Shown one piece after another: positions 23,070 to 31,886 of a stretch of DNA of 37,764 nucleotides. A program made the translations under genes and the position numbers. Origin of the DNA: a virus (taxonomy: Duplodnaviria; Heunggongvirae; Uroviricota; Caudoviricetes); IMG/VR virus record IMGVR_UViG_2883489344_000002; one strand, 5' to 3'. Under the pieces are notes generated by a model that worked only from the letters and a program-made list of their open reading frames with translations, searched no databases and was not told the origin of the DNA. Numbering within the stretch: the stretch's first letter is position 1; every line of letters starts with the position of its first letter.

Positions 23070-23694
23070 TGCTGGCCTCCAGGGCTTTAAGTTGCTCTTT
23101 CAGTTGCACGGTCACCCCTTGCGCGGTACTCAGGCGCGTTTTCTGCGCCTCAATGCCTTGGGTCAGAGAGGAAACCTGTGATTGCAGGCGGGTATTGGTG
23201 CTGGACATCTCACTGACGCTGCTGGACAGGGCATCACGGCGCGTCTTGGCCTCTTTGAGGCGCTGCACGTTGGATTTCACGGCCGGGCGAGTGTTGGAAG
23301 TGTCCACCACCTTAGCGGCCTTCTTGGCCAGGCCATCCGTGAACTTTTGGGAGTTTTGTTTCACCGCGCCGGCCAGGGAGCTGGCCACCTTGGTGATGGT
23401 ATCCGCGTGTTGCACCCCGATGGATTTCCCGTTGAGCTTGAAGCCCACCAGGTCGCCGGAGTCGTTCACCTGCACGGTGACTTGCTGCTGATCCTGGAAG
23501 CGTAGCACTGCCTGTTTGACGCCTACCCCGTCTTTTTTGGTGGCGCGGTTGCTGGCTTCAACGTTCTCAACGGTCACGCCCTGCTTGGTCAGGGCGTCGA
23601 TGAGCGGCTTTAACCCCTTCTCGGTCACCTGGGCAAAGTCGAGCTGGGCATACTTCTGGCCATTGCTGGAATGGAGGCTATGGGAGTTAGGCAT
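23059..23694 (-). CDS. hdf: P1 Hdf homologue
   Basis: KYAQLDFAQVTEKGLKPLI, SNRATKKDGV, QVNDSGD and PAVKSNVQRL. Confidence 0.92.
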   Translation of the reverse strand: MPNSHSLHSSNGQKYAQLDFAQVTEKGLKPLIDALTKQGVTVENVEASNRATKKDGVGVKQAVLRFQDQQQVTVQVNDSGDLVGFKLNGKSIGVQHADTITKVASSLAGAVKQNSQKFTDGLAKKAAKVVDTSNTRPAVKSNVQRLKEAKTRRDALSSSVSEMSSTNTRLQSQVSSLTQGIEAQKTRLSTAQGVTVQLKEQLKALEASNAA

Positions 23695-24126
23695 TATCAG
23701 GATCCCGGTCAATCTGGATGTTCAGGTTTTTTTCCACGGTCATGTCCAGGGGAAAATGCGGTAGAGCGGGTTATAGAAGGAGTCGCCATGCACAATTTTC
23801 ACGTGCACGATCCAGGCACCATTCGTACTGATTTTACTGGTTGCCACATCCAGATACTCGCAGTTGGAGCCGGCGCGGGAGTGCTCCAGTGTCCGGCGGC
23901 CGCCGGTGATCACCGTGGTCGGGAACTGCGCATCACGTAACGTGTACTCGATGGTCGCGCCCTTCAGGCGGTTAAATTTGGTGTCGAAGAAGAAAGGGAT
24001 CCGCAGATACCCCTTTTCAACCTTATGTTCACCCACGCGCAGGCCGGTGATTTTCGACCGTTTCATGACAAAGCGATCGAAAACCATCGAAGCCCCGGCA
24101 GTGGAGAGTAAAAGCAAACCGATCAT
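23687..24126 (-). CDS. lydB: P1 LydB (antiholin) homologue; C-terminus shifted by a one-base loss in G run 23749-23752
   Basis: GYLRIPF, VHGDSFYNPLYRIFP. Adding one C restores FPLDMTVEKNLNIQIDRDPDNA*, which ends at 23687 and overlaps the hdf start. Confidence 0.85.
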
Positions 24127-24449
24127 CTGCCCCCCTTGCTAAAGAGCTGTGTTAATACTTTGCCAATGGCCTCACTGTTGAGGCGCTTGGCGATATGGAT
24201 CACCTCGTTCCCGTTGTTGCTGGTAAGCAGCACGGAAAAGTAGATGATGGATTCATCAAATTGCTGATGCCGCCCGATGTAGAAAGCCATCAGCCCAGCG
24301 GTGATGGCGATCGACGTTTCGGTTAAGAAGTCCAGAAAACTCCCTTTAATCCGTTCTTCTCTGATCCCCATGAGGAACACACCAATACCACTCAGAAAAG
24401 ACAGGCCTACGGCGATGGCAATCGGCACAAATTCGGTGGTATGCAGCAC
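24123..24449 (-). CDS. lydA: P1 LydA holin homologue
   Basis: Three hydrophobic segments, SNNGNEVI motif, basic C-terminus; ATGA overlap with lydB. Confidence 0.9.
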   Translation of the reverse strand: MLHTTEFVPIAIAVGLSFLSGIGVFLMGIREERIKGSFLDFLTETSIAITAGLMAFYIGRHQQFDESIIYFSVLLTSNNGNEVIHIAKRLNSEAIGKVLTQLFSKGGR

Positions 24450-24524
24450 CTTTAACTCCTGTTCGCCTATGTCATGGCGGCCGATTTTATGGAATGTTGC
24501 ATTTCCCCTTGCCGGCGCACGGGC

Positions 24525-24552
24525 GTAAAAAAACCCGCCGGAGCGGGTTTTA
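24525..24552. terminator. Bidirectional-type terminator
   Basis: A run, CCCGC-CGGA-GCGGG, T run. Confidence 0.7.
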
Positions 24553-24562
24553 TGATGAATCG

Positions 24563-24817
24563 TCAGGATGTTTCGGATTCTTCTACTGGGTAGGAGAAGG
24601 TGCCATCTGCGGCGTTGTAAATCATGCCGGCCTCGCAGGCCACGCCCTCCGGGATCAGTACCAGGGTGTAGCCTGGCATTTTGAAGGTGTTGAGAGTCTC
24701 AACAACCAGCTCCACAACGTCACTATTGTTGGGGATCATTGCGTACCAGCCAAACTGCGGTTCATCGTCGTAACTGTCTTGGGCGCTCATATAGCTTCCG
24801 ATTTTATGGCGTATCAC
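24563..24817 (-). CDS. Small hypothetical phage protein (start GTG 24817 or ATG 24790)
   Basis: Lies downstream of a late-promoter motif; resembles small tail-associated proteins; unassigned. Confidence 0.55.
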   Translation of the reverse strand: MIRHKIGSYMSAQDSYDDEPQFGWYAMIPNNSDVVELVVETLNTFKMPGYTLVLIPEGVACEAGMIYNAADGTFSYPVEESETS

Positions 24818-24837
24818 GCCTGTAAAAGATGGGCGTG

Positions 24838-24858
24838 AAAATACCGCAAGTTACATCT
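24838..24858 (-). promoter_or_regulatory. P1-type late promoter
   Basis: Minus strand AGATGTAACTT-GCGG-TATTTT. Confidence 0.7.
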
Positions 24859-24869
24859 CCTCCCTTGGG

Positions 24870-25451
24870 CTATACCGTAGGCCAGACAATATTTGGCGCG
24901 TCACTAAGATCCAGTGCCTTCAATGCCTTGATGTAGGTGATCCACTGCACCAGCAGCGCCTTGTCATCGTCAGTGATGGTGCCAAGCGCAAGCTCGGTCT
25001 GCCACAGGCTGATTGTAGAGTTGGCGTTGGCCAGCAATTTATTGCGCGTGGCCTCAGCCTGCCCTACCAGATCCGCAGTGGTGTAGATCCGCGCAGAGAT
25101 AGTCCCGTTGGCATACACCCAGGAGCCATCCAGGGTCAGGCCGTCAGGCACAGCGTCCGCACTCACCTCAGCAATGCTAAAACCGAGAGGCCAGAACCCG
25201 GAGACATCCATGCCATAAGAGCGGATAACGCCGGTATCAGGCTCGTACATCACCTTCATTGTGTCACTGGCGAAGGTCTTTTGTACCTCATACCAATCCT
25301 GGCCATCCTCAGTGCAGGCAAAGGCCACCCCGATTTCTACCAGCCGTTGCTTCTGCTTGGCGGCCTGGAGCTGCTCGGCCGTGGGATTGTCTGCGGCGGT
25401 ATAAGTGATCACCGTTGGCTTATAGCTTGTAAATTTCTCGTAGTTTTTCAT
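24870..25451 (-). CDS. Tail fibre assembly chaperone (Tfa/gpU-like)
   Basis: EDGQDWYEVQKTF and LWQTELALGTITDDDKALLVQWITYIKALKALDLSDAPNIVWP. Confidence 0.92.
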   Translation of the reverse strand: MKNYEKFTSYKPTVITYTAADNPTAEQLQAAKQKQRLVEIGVAFACTEDGQDWYEVQKTFASDTMKVMYEPDTGVIRSYGMDVSGFWPLGFSIAEVSADAVPDGLTLDGSWVYANGTISARIYTTADLVGQAEATRNKLLANANSTISLWQTELALGTITDDDKALLVQWITYIKALKALDLSDAPNIVWPTV

Positions 25452-28400
25452 GATGGGTATGTTGTTAGGCCATTCACATAGGTTGCGGTATACCAGGTGC
25501 CGTTGACGTAATATTGCAGTGGACGGGAGTAATAACTGCCGTCATCTGCCCCAAAATCGCCGCCAGCAGTAATCACATGACCATCATACATCTCCCTCAA
25601 CCGGCCGCTTAGGTGTATGAACACGCTCTCACCCATGCGGATTCCGGTAATGGCACCATTGATGACGGTAGACAAGTAGTCACTCAGCAAACCATTGTTC
25701 CAGGCCGCCCCCTCAATATCGCCGTTTGAGGTGATCTTTGCGGCCTCCTTGAGCTGCAAAGCACCTTCGGCTGTGAAGCGGGCAATCAATTCCTGATCGT
25801 CGCCACTGCTGCCATTGAAGAAGTCATATCCCCCTCACCTCCGCCCCGCTGGTTCAGGAACGATGCCCGGCCATAACCATCCACATAGTTCCAACTGAGG
25901 TACATGCCCTGGGCATCAATTTGAGCAGCAGTCGGCCGTTCTTTGATACGTGCCCAGCTGTTGAGATAAAGGGGTCCGGCCATTGTGGCGGAGCCTGTAA
26001 CGGACAGGGTGCCACCTACAACCGTACTGGAACCGGCCAGAAGAGCCGTTCCGCTTACCGTGAGCGCCGTCCCCACGCTTAATGCTGTAGTGGTTGATAG
26101 CGCTGCGCTGGTTCTTGCGGTCGCAGCTGTCAGCTTCACGGTATTGTCGAAAAGCTGGACACTTGCGGTGGTCAGGTAGCTGCTCAATACGACGACATCA
26201 CTGCTATCTACCGATTGCCCCAGGAACCAGTGCCGGGTGCCATCGCCTTTCTGCGCCTGGATATAGTAGGCCTTATCCAATGTGGCTGGCTTGAGGTACA
26301 GGATGCCGTTATCTGCCTGCATAACTGTACCGCCAGCCACGTTCATGCCACCGTTAAGCGCGGTTTTGCCTGCTACAGTGAGCGTGCTATTAGTGCTGAC
26401 AGCACCTACAACCGAGAGCGTGCCCTGGTCACCGTCCATAGTCAGCTGAGACGTTACGGCGCTCAAGCTATTACGTGCCTGGATGACATTCCGCCCACCG
26501 CCCAGGGTGGTGTAGAACGTTGAAAATAACCCAAGGATCCGACCTGCATCAAAGTTAGTGTTGGTAGAGCCAGTCTTGGCCTGGATTGCCATCACCTGAG
26601 TATCTGCGGTCGGCAACGTACCATCAGGCAGATCACTGCGTGCGTAGGTTGTGTAAGGCAATCCACCGTTGCGGATAACGCCCATGCGGTAATTGGCGAC
26701 CACTGATTGAGTAAACGTGGCATCCGTTCCGCTCAGTGCGCCAGTGACATTCAGGGAGCTGCCCATCGTAGCTGCGCCAGTCAGGATCAGCGATCCGGAA
26801 GCGGTAATGTCACCTCCTGCACTCACGGCACCGGTCACGGCCAGGGTGCTGGAAAGCGTGGTCGCACCGGTAACCTTAAGCCAGTTTGAAAGCGTCGTGG
26901 TGCCAGTTACGGCTAATGAACCTGCTGCGCCAATCGAACCCGTGGTATAGAAATAACCAGTTCGCGTGTTGATGTAGGCAGTGATGCCGGGAGTGCCAGC
27001 AGAGCTGGTGTTATAGAACCCAATCCCATACCAGGACTTGAGCAGCATGTTGTTTGCGGTGGTTGAAGCCCCATCTGCGCCACCATAGATGCCTGTCGAT
27101 TTGCCGTAATCCCCACCGGTGTAGGTGCCACCCAAATTCAGGCCGCCGCCAAATGCGGCCTCGGAAACCACAGTTAACGTATTGGATAAGGTGGTTGCGC
27201 CGCTCACTTTGAGCGTACTGCCCAGGACTGCGGCACCGGTCAGGGTCAGCGCCCCGGAGCCGGTAATATCGCTGCTGGCGCTCAAGGCGCTGCTGACAGA
27301 CACCGCGCCGGTCATCGTGATCGCCCCACCTGCCCCCAGGGCAATCGCACTGCCGCCCAGGGAGTTACCCCACTGGACTGCATCTGTGCTGTTCGCCGCC
27401 TGGCCGAAATACCAGTGGCTCGTCCCGTCGTATTTTTTCCCCCGGATGTAATAGCCCGTGTCAGCAGTGGCAGGTCGAAGAACCATAGCGATATTGTCGC
27501 CCATGACGGACAGGCCATTGGTGACATTGACACTCCCGGCAAGGGTGGTTACACCGGCAACCGTCAATGCCTTGGAGGCGGAAACATCCCCTGCCGCGCT
27601 CAATGCGCCAGCTACTGATAGTGTGCCTTCAGCTTTCAGTGCGCCTGTGAAAGTGCCGGTGGCGGTATCTCCATTGATAACGAGTTGCGCTGCGATGGCA
27701 TTACTGGCATTGCGCGCCTGCAAGTACATTCGACCGCCACCGGAAGTTGTGTGATACGTGGTGATGGCAGAAAGAGAGCGCCCCGCGTTGAAATCGTTAG
27801 AGGTTGAACTGGTTTTAGCATAAATGCCCTGCACTAACATATCGGCCGTAGGTGCCAGCCCATCAACCGAATCTGTACGTGCGAAAGTGATATATGGGTT
27901 ATAGCCATCACTGCGCACAAGGCCAATTCGGTAATTTGTCAGCATTGAGCCAGTCAACGTAGCGTTAACTCCGGTCATATCACCGTTCACGGCCAAAGCT
28001 TTGGTGGTGACTGAGGCGGAAATATCGCTATTGACCTTGGCAATGGCGTTCTTCACTGCCAGGGAGTTGGCGGCCACGGTTTCGTTGCTGCTATCGATAG
28101 CCGAACTCAGCTCAATACCAAGGGTTTGCATGACCCGGCCGGACTGATCGATCATGGCCTGGGTGATCTGCGTGGCTCCGGCGGGGATAGTGACCTTGCA
28201 CAGCTCCAATTGGTTGCCGGCCAGCGCGGTGCCGGCTTTCAAGATCACTATCTCAGCCGCCTGAATGGTCGAGCCACTGTTGACCTGGCTCGTTTCGGTG
28301 CCGATGGCATAAGTGGCCTGAAGCGCCACTACCCAGCTGGCACCAGCGGTAAGGGTCAACGTCACGTCTGCCTGTTGGCGCACGGTCAGCTGGTAATATG

Positions 28401-28632
28401 CCCCGATGTTGAATGAGCAGGTGCCACCCTCTGCGCCAGAACTGATCAGTAGCTTGAGACCCCGGCCTGCCGAGGGTGTAAAGCCCTGGTAGATCCCCGC
28501 CCCGATGATGCCGCGCAACTTGCGGTTGATGGCCGCCGAGCTGTACGGCTCCCGGAACTGCACATCAGAAATCAGCGTAAGCGTCTCGGGCTGCGGAAAA
28601 CTTTTTGCAGTGACGATCGCGGAATCACTCAT
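25448..28632 (-). CDS. S: P1 S-like tail fibre (~1061 aa), split by a one-base loss in C run 25830-25834
   Basis: N-terminus SDVQFREPYSSAAINRKLRGII matches P1 S. One added G joins NQRGGGEGGYDFFNGSSGDDQELIARF to ORF 25448..25789, which has a typical YYSRPLQYYVNGTW end. ATGA overlap with R. Confidence 0.92.
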
Positions 28633-29069
28633 GATGCACCGCCTGTTTGCAATTTCAGCGTACAAACAAAGCCTTTGCCTTGGTATAGCTGATCCTGCTG
28701 AATGCACAGCACCCCACAGGCCACCCCTTCGCTATCGCACAGCACCAACGTATCAAATGGGTAAGAGGTGTTTGCTGCCAGCGTCGAGGTATCGAGGCTG
28801 ACGTTGATGGTGATCACCCCGTTGCCATAAGACAAGGTAAGATTAGCGGTCGCAAACTGCGAGGTGAGATTTGCCAGGGTGAAATCTTTCGGGATAGACG
28901 CAATGTCATACGTGCCCTTACTGTTTTTGGTGACCAGGGAGGACGTACCGAATACGGCGGTTTTCAGCAAAAAACGCTGGCCGGCACCAATCTCTGATTG
29001 CGCGCGCCGCGCGTAGTAGTAAGAAAGCAGCTGTAGCTTACTGAGGCTGGCTGGTACTACGGTTGTCAT
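28629..29069 (-). CDS. R: P1 R-like tail fibre/baseplate protein (146 aa)
   Basis: QLLSYYYARRA, KTAVFGTSSLVTK and YPFDTLVL; ATG 29069 after AGAGGA. Confidence 0.92.
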   Translation of the reverse strand: MTTVVPASLSKLQLLSYYYARRAQSEIGAGQRFLLKTAVFGTSSLVTKNSKGTYDIASIPKDFTLANLTSQFATANLTLSYGNGVITINVSLDTSTLAANTSYPFDTLVLCDSEGVACGVLCIQQDQLYQGKGFVCTLKLQTGGAS

Positions 29070-29193
29070 TTTTGGGTGTCCTCTAATCCAGCGGCCAGGC
29101 CGCATGGAAGGTTGAGCGCACCACATGGCATGACGAATGCCCCTGCCTGGAGGCATTCGTCATGACGTGCGGCAAATTGGTTAGGTCATGGGG

Positions 29194-29214
29194 AGTGTAG
29201 GGAAACTAGCATCT
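29194..29214 (-). promoter_or_regulatory. P1-type late promoter upstream of R-S
   Basis: Minus strand AGATGCTAGTT-TCCC-TACACT; same position as the P1 tail-fibre late promoter. Confidence 0.6.
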
Positions 29215-29229
29215 CACCTTTGGCCAGCA

Positions 29230-30102
29230 TTAGGTGTCAGCCCCTTCAATGCCGCTCAGGCGATCCATCTCCCAACCATCCAGCAACACATCGTCGTAAG
29301 CCACCAGATCCTGCGTTTCGATGATGAGATCAATTGCCTCGATCTCCCCTAGCTCAACGGTCACTGTCTCCAGCACGGCCGCCTCAGTAACTTCCACCAG
29401 CGGCGCTATTTCCTCACTCACTGAGATTATCCGGAGATAGGCCGAGACTTCCGGCTCTGTAATTGTCCACTCATAGAGCAACTGTAATCCGCCAAAAACC
29501 ACGTGCAGGGGTAACAGTGGCACCACCACCTGTTTAAACTTGGTAAGCGCCGCCTGAGTCACCTGAGCGACTGTAGTAATATCTGGGTTATTACCTATTG
29601 TGATCAGGTCGGTCAGCTCCTGATATGAAATGCTCACCACACCCCGAGAGGTCAAGAACATCTCGCCATAGTTACTACCTACCGATTCCAAGTTGTCCTC
29701 AGAAACCAGGACGGTGCCATAGGGATATTTCTCCTGGTTTATCGGGGCATAGATAGGCTGCCAGGTGATCGGGACGCCATGGAACTCGCGGTAGAAGGTC
29801 TGGATAATGGGGCGTTGAGTCCCTTTAAAGTGGATCTCGTCAAGCCGTTGCTGCAAAAGCATCGGCTTACTTGAGGCGTCGCTCGCTCGGATGGTAAAGA
29901 ATTGCCCCATCTCGCTGATTCGGGTGTCAAGATCCTCATCCGTCATTGAGAAGAAGGATTTTCTCTCGGTCAGGCGCTCGAGGTAAGGCTCTACCGCGTC
30001 AATAAACAGCGTCTCAACAATGTCCGCAAAGCCGCTTTGCATCACGGAGTTTTGCTTGGCTTTGGTAAGCCGGTTTTTAAACCAGCCCGAGGTTAACCCC
30101 AT
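29230..30102 (-). CDS. 16: P1 gp16-like baseplate protein
   Basis: PMLLQQRLDEIHFKGTQRPI, GEMFLTSRG and PLLPLHVVF. Confidence 0.92.
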   Translation of the reverse strand: MGLTSGWFKNRLTKAKQNSVMQSGFADIVETLFIDAVEPYLERLTERKSFFSMTDEDLDTRISEMGQFFTIRASDASSKPMLLQQRLDEIHFKGTQRPIIQTFYREFHGVPITWQPIYAPINQEKYPYGTVLVSEDNLESVGSNYGEMFLTSRGVVSISYQELTDLITIGNNPDITTVAQVTQAALTKFKQVVVPLLPLHVVFGGLQLLYEWTITEPEVSAYLRIISVSEEIAPLVEVTEAAVLETVTVELGEIEAIDLIIETQDLVAYDDVLLDGWEMDRLSGIEGADT

Positions 30103-30104
30103 GA

Positions 30105-31531
30105 TCAGGCCTCCGTATAGGTGATATTGAAGGTCGAACCGCCAACATCCAGGTAGACAAATTCGTCATAACCGTTCGGGGAAAACATGTTGGCCACTGT
30201 GAGGGTGAACTCGTCGAAATAGCCCTGCTCATTGATAAAGCCCCAGATGTCTTTCAGTTTGATCTGTTTGAAATCACCGGTGCCATGGGGGTCAAACTCA
30301 GCAGAGTCGCGGCCAAATCGGGTTTCCAGGCCGGCTTTCAAGTCAGCAAGGATGACGGACTCAGTGAGGCTTGCAGGGATCTCACCGGTAAGCGTCAGCG
30401 TAAAAGGCAGCATCTTCGCGGGGTATAGGTGAAACGTTTGTTCATGGCGTTCGGCACCGTTGCCAAAGCCTCAAATACCAATGCTTGCATCTGCGCCTGC
30501 GTTTTGCCCGGATACCAGCCGGAGATAAAGATCCGGTTGATGTTTTCGAGCTTCATCACTCCATCAATCTTTTCCTGCTCTCCCTCCCCCCAGGCACTTA
30601 ACCAGGTGCTGGCCGGTATGTTCTGCTTCAGGTAATAGGTATAGTCCTCAGCCCAAACTACCTGGTTGTCGTAGGACAGCGCATACTGCGCGCGGTTACG
30701 TGTCACTTCGGTGCTTTCAACATCAGAGCCGCCAGTGATAGAGGTAAGGCTTTTAACCGTCATGGCGTCAGCCAGGCTGGCAGAATCATCTGAAGGTGTC
30801 AGTGTCTGGCCAGCCAGCAAGGTGACATCGCCCGAGCTGCACCAAACCCGCAATGTGATGGTAGATCCTGCCGGCGGCATCATGCCGATGGTGCCGTCAC
30901 CAAAGCGCACCCCCAGCTGCTCAGTGGGTTTATAGAACTCTACATAGACCTGGCTGTCATTGGTGGCCAGACGAAACATGGTGCTTTTTTTCCAAGTGGT
31001 CGTTTCGCCGTCAATCGTCACCAAAACATCGATTTTGTAGCACACCTCTGTCAGCGCGCGAGACAGCAGCACCTGCTGGAACTCTTGCGCCTCCGTCACA
31101 GTCGTTGAAACCTCCACGATCTCCAGCTGCTTCACCATGGCTTCAGCCGTGCCGCCGGCCGGAACCTTCACCACGTCCATAGTCAGATACGGATACTGGT
31201 CATCGGACAAAAATGTAGTGTACTGCGGCACCGTCAGCACCATATTCGTCAAGTTGGTGATGACAGCGGAGCCGCTGGACGGATCAACCCGGGAGCCGAC
31301 ATATCCCCGGTCTTCAGCGGCCGCCAGGATGCTTGAGCGCTTCGTTGCGGTGGAGATAAAGCCCTCACTGAGGGCTGCATCTGCGAACTGCTGGCATCGG
31401 TAAACCATTTGGCCGATGAATGTTGCCAACATGGTGACAAACTGGGATCCGGCAAACTGGGACCAGTATTCGTTGCTTTCCACCAGGGCATCGAATTTTT
31501 CTTTGACAGCGGATAGGCTCAGGATAGCCAT
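30105..31531 (-). CDS. bplA: P1 BplA-like baseplate protein, split by a one-base loss in G run 30420-30423
   Basis: SQFAGSQFVTML, EGFISTATKRSSILAAAEDRGY and EQLGVRFGDG. One added C joins RFTYTPAKMLPFTLT to ORF 30105..30413. Confidence 0.92.
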
Positions 31532-31875
31532 TATGGTGTTACCTCAGTGTTGATCGTCCCTTCTGGGAGCTTGATGATTAATTGCGCCCAGTCGATAGCG
31601 CGCGGCACGTAGCTGATGCCGGTGATCCGCAGATTGGGTAAGTCCTGTGACAGCTTCTGTAACAACCGGCACTCAACGTTGACCTGTTCGCGGATCGAAT
31701 CCATTGGCTGGTGCTTAAACTGATGCAGGATGCAGCCCCAGCTTGGCTGCCCATACACACTTCCCACGGGTGTATCCAGCCATTCCCGCAGCTGGGATGC
31801 TTTCGATTGCAGCTCGCCGCCGTACTCCTTCAGGCCGTTTGTTTCCAGGGTCATGAGATGGTCAATCTCTTTCAT
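31531..31875 (-). CDS. pmgA: P1 PmgA-like (gp25-type) baseplate protein
   Basis: EWLDTPVGSVYGQPSWG..L.QFKH, LLQKLSQDLP. Confidence 0.9.
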   Translation of the reverse strand: MKEIDHLMTLETNGLKEYGGELQSKASQLREWLDTPVGSVYGQPSWGCILHQFKHQPMDSIREQVNVECRLLQKLSQDLPNLRITGISYVPRAIDWAQLIIKLPEGTINTEVTP

Positions 31876-31886
31876 ATTGAGCCTCC

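Noticed and set aside
10201-30423. Calling the element a decayed cryptic prophage from its frameshifts
   Set aside because: All four breaks are single-base losses in G/C runs, a typical sequencing error pattern; only the darB truncation looks like genuine loss.
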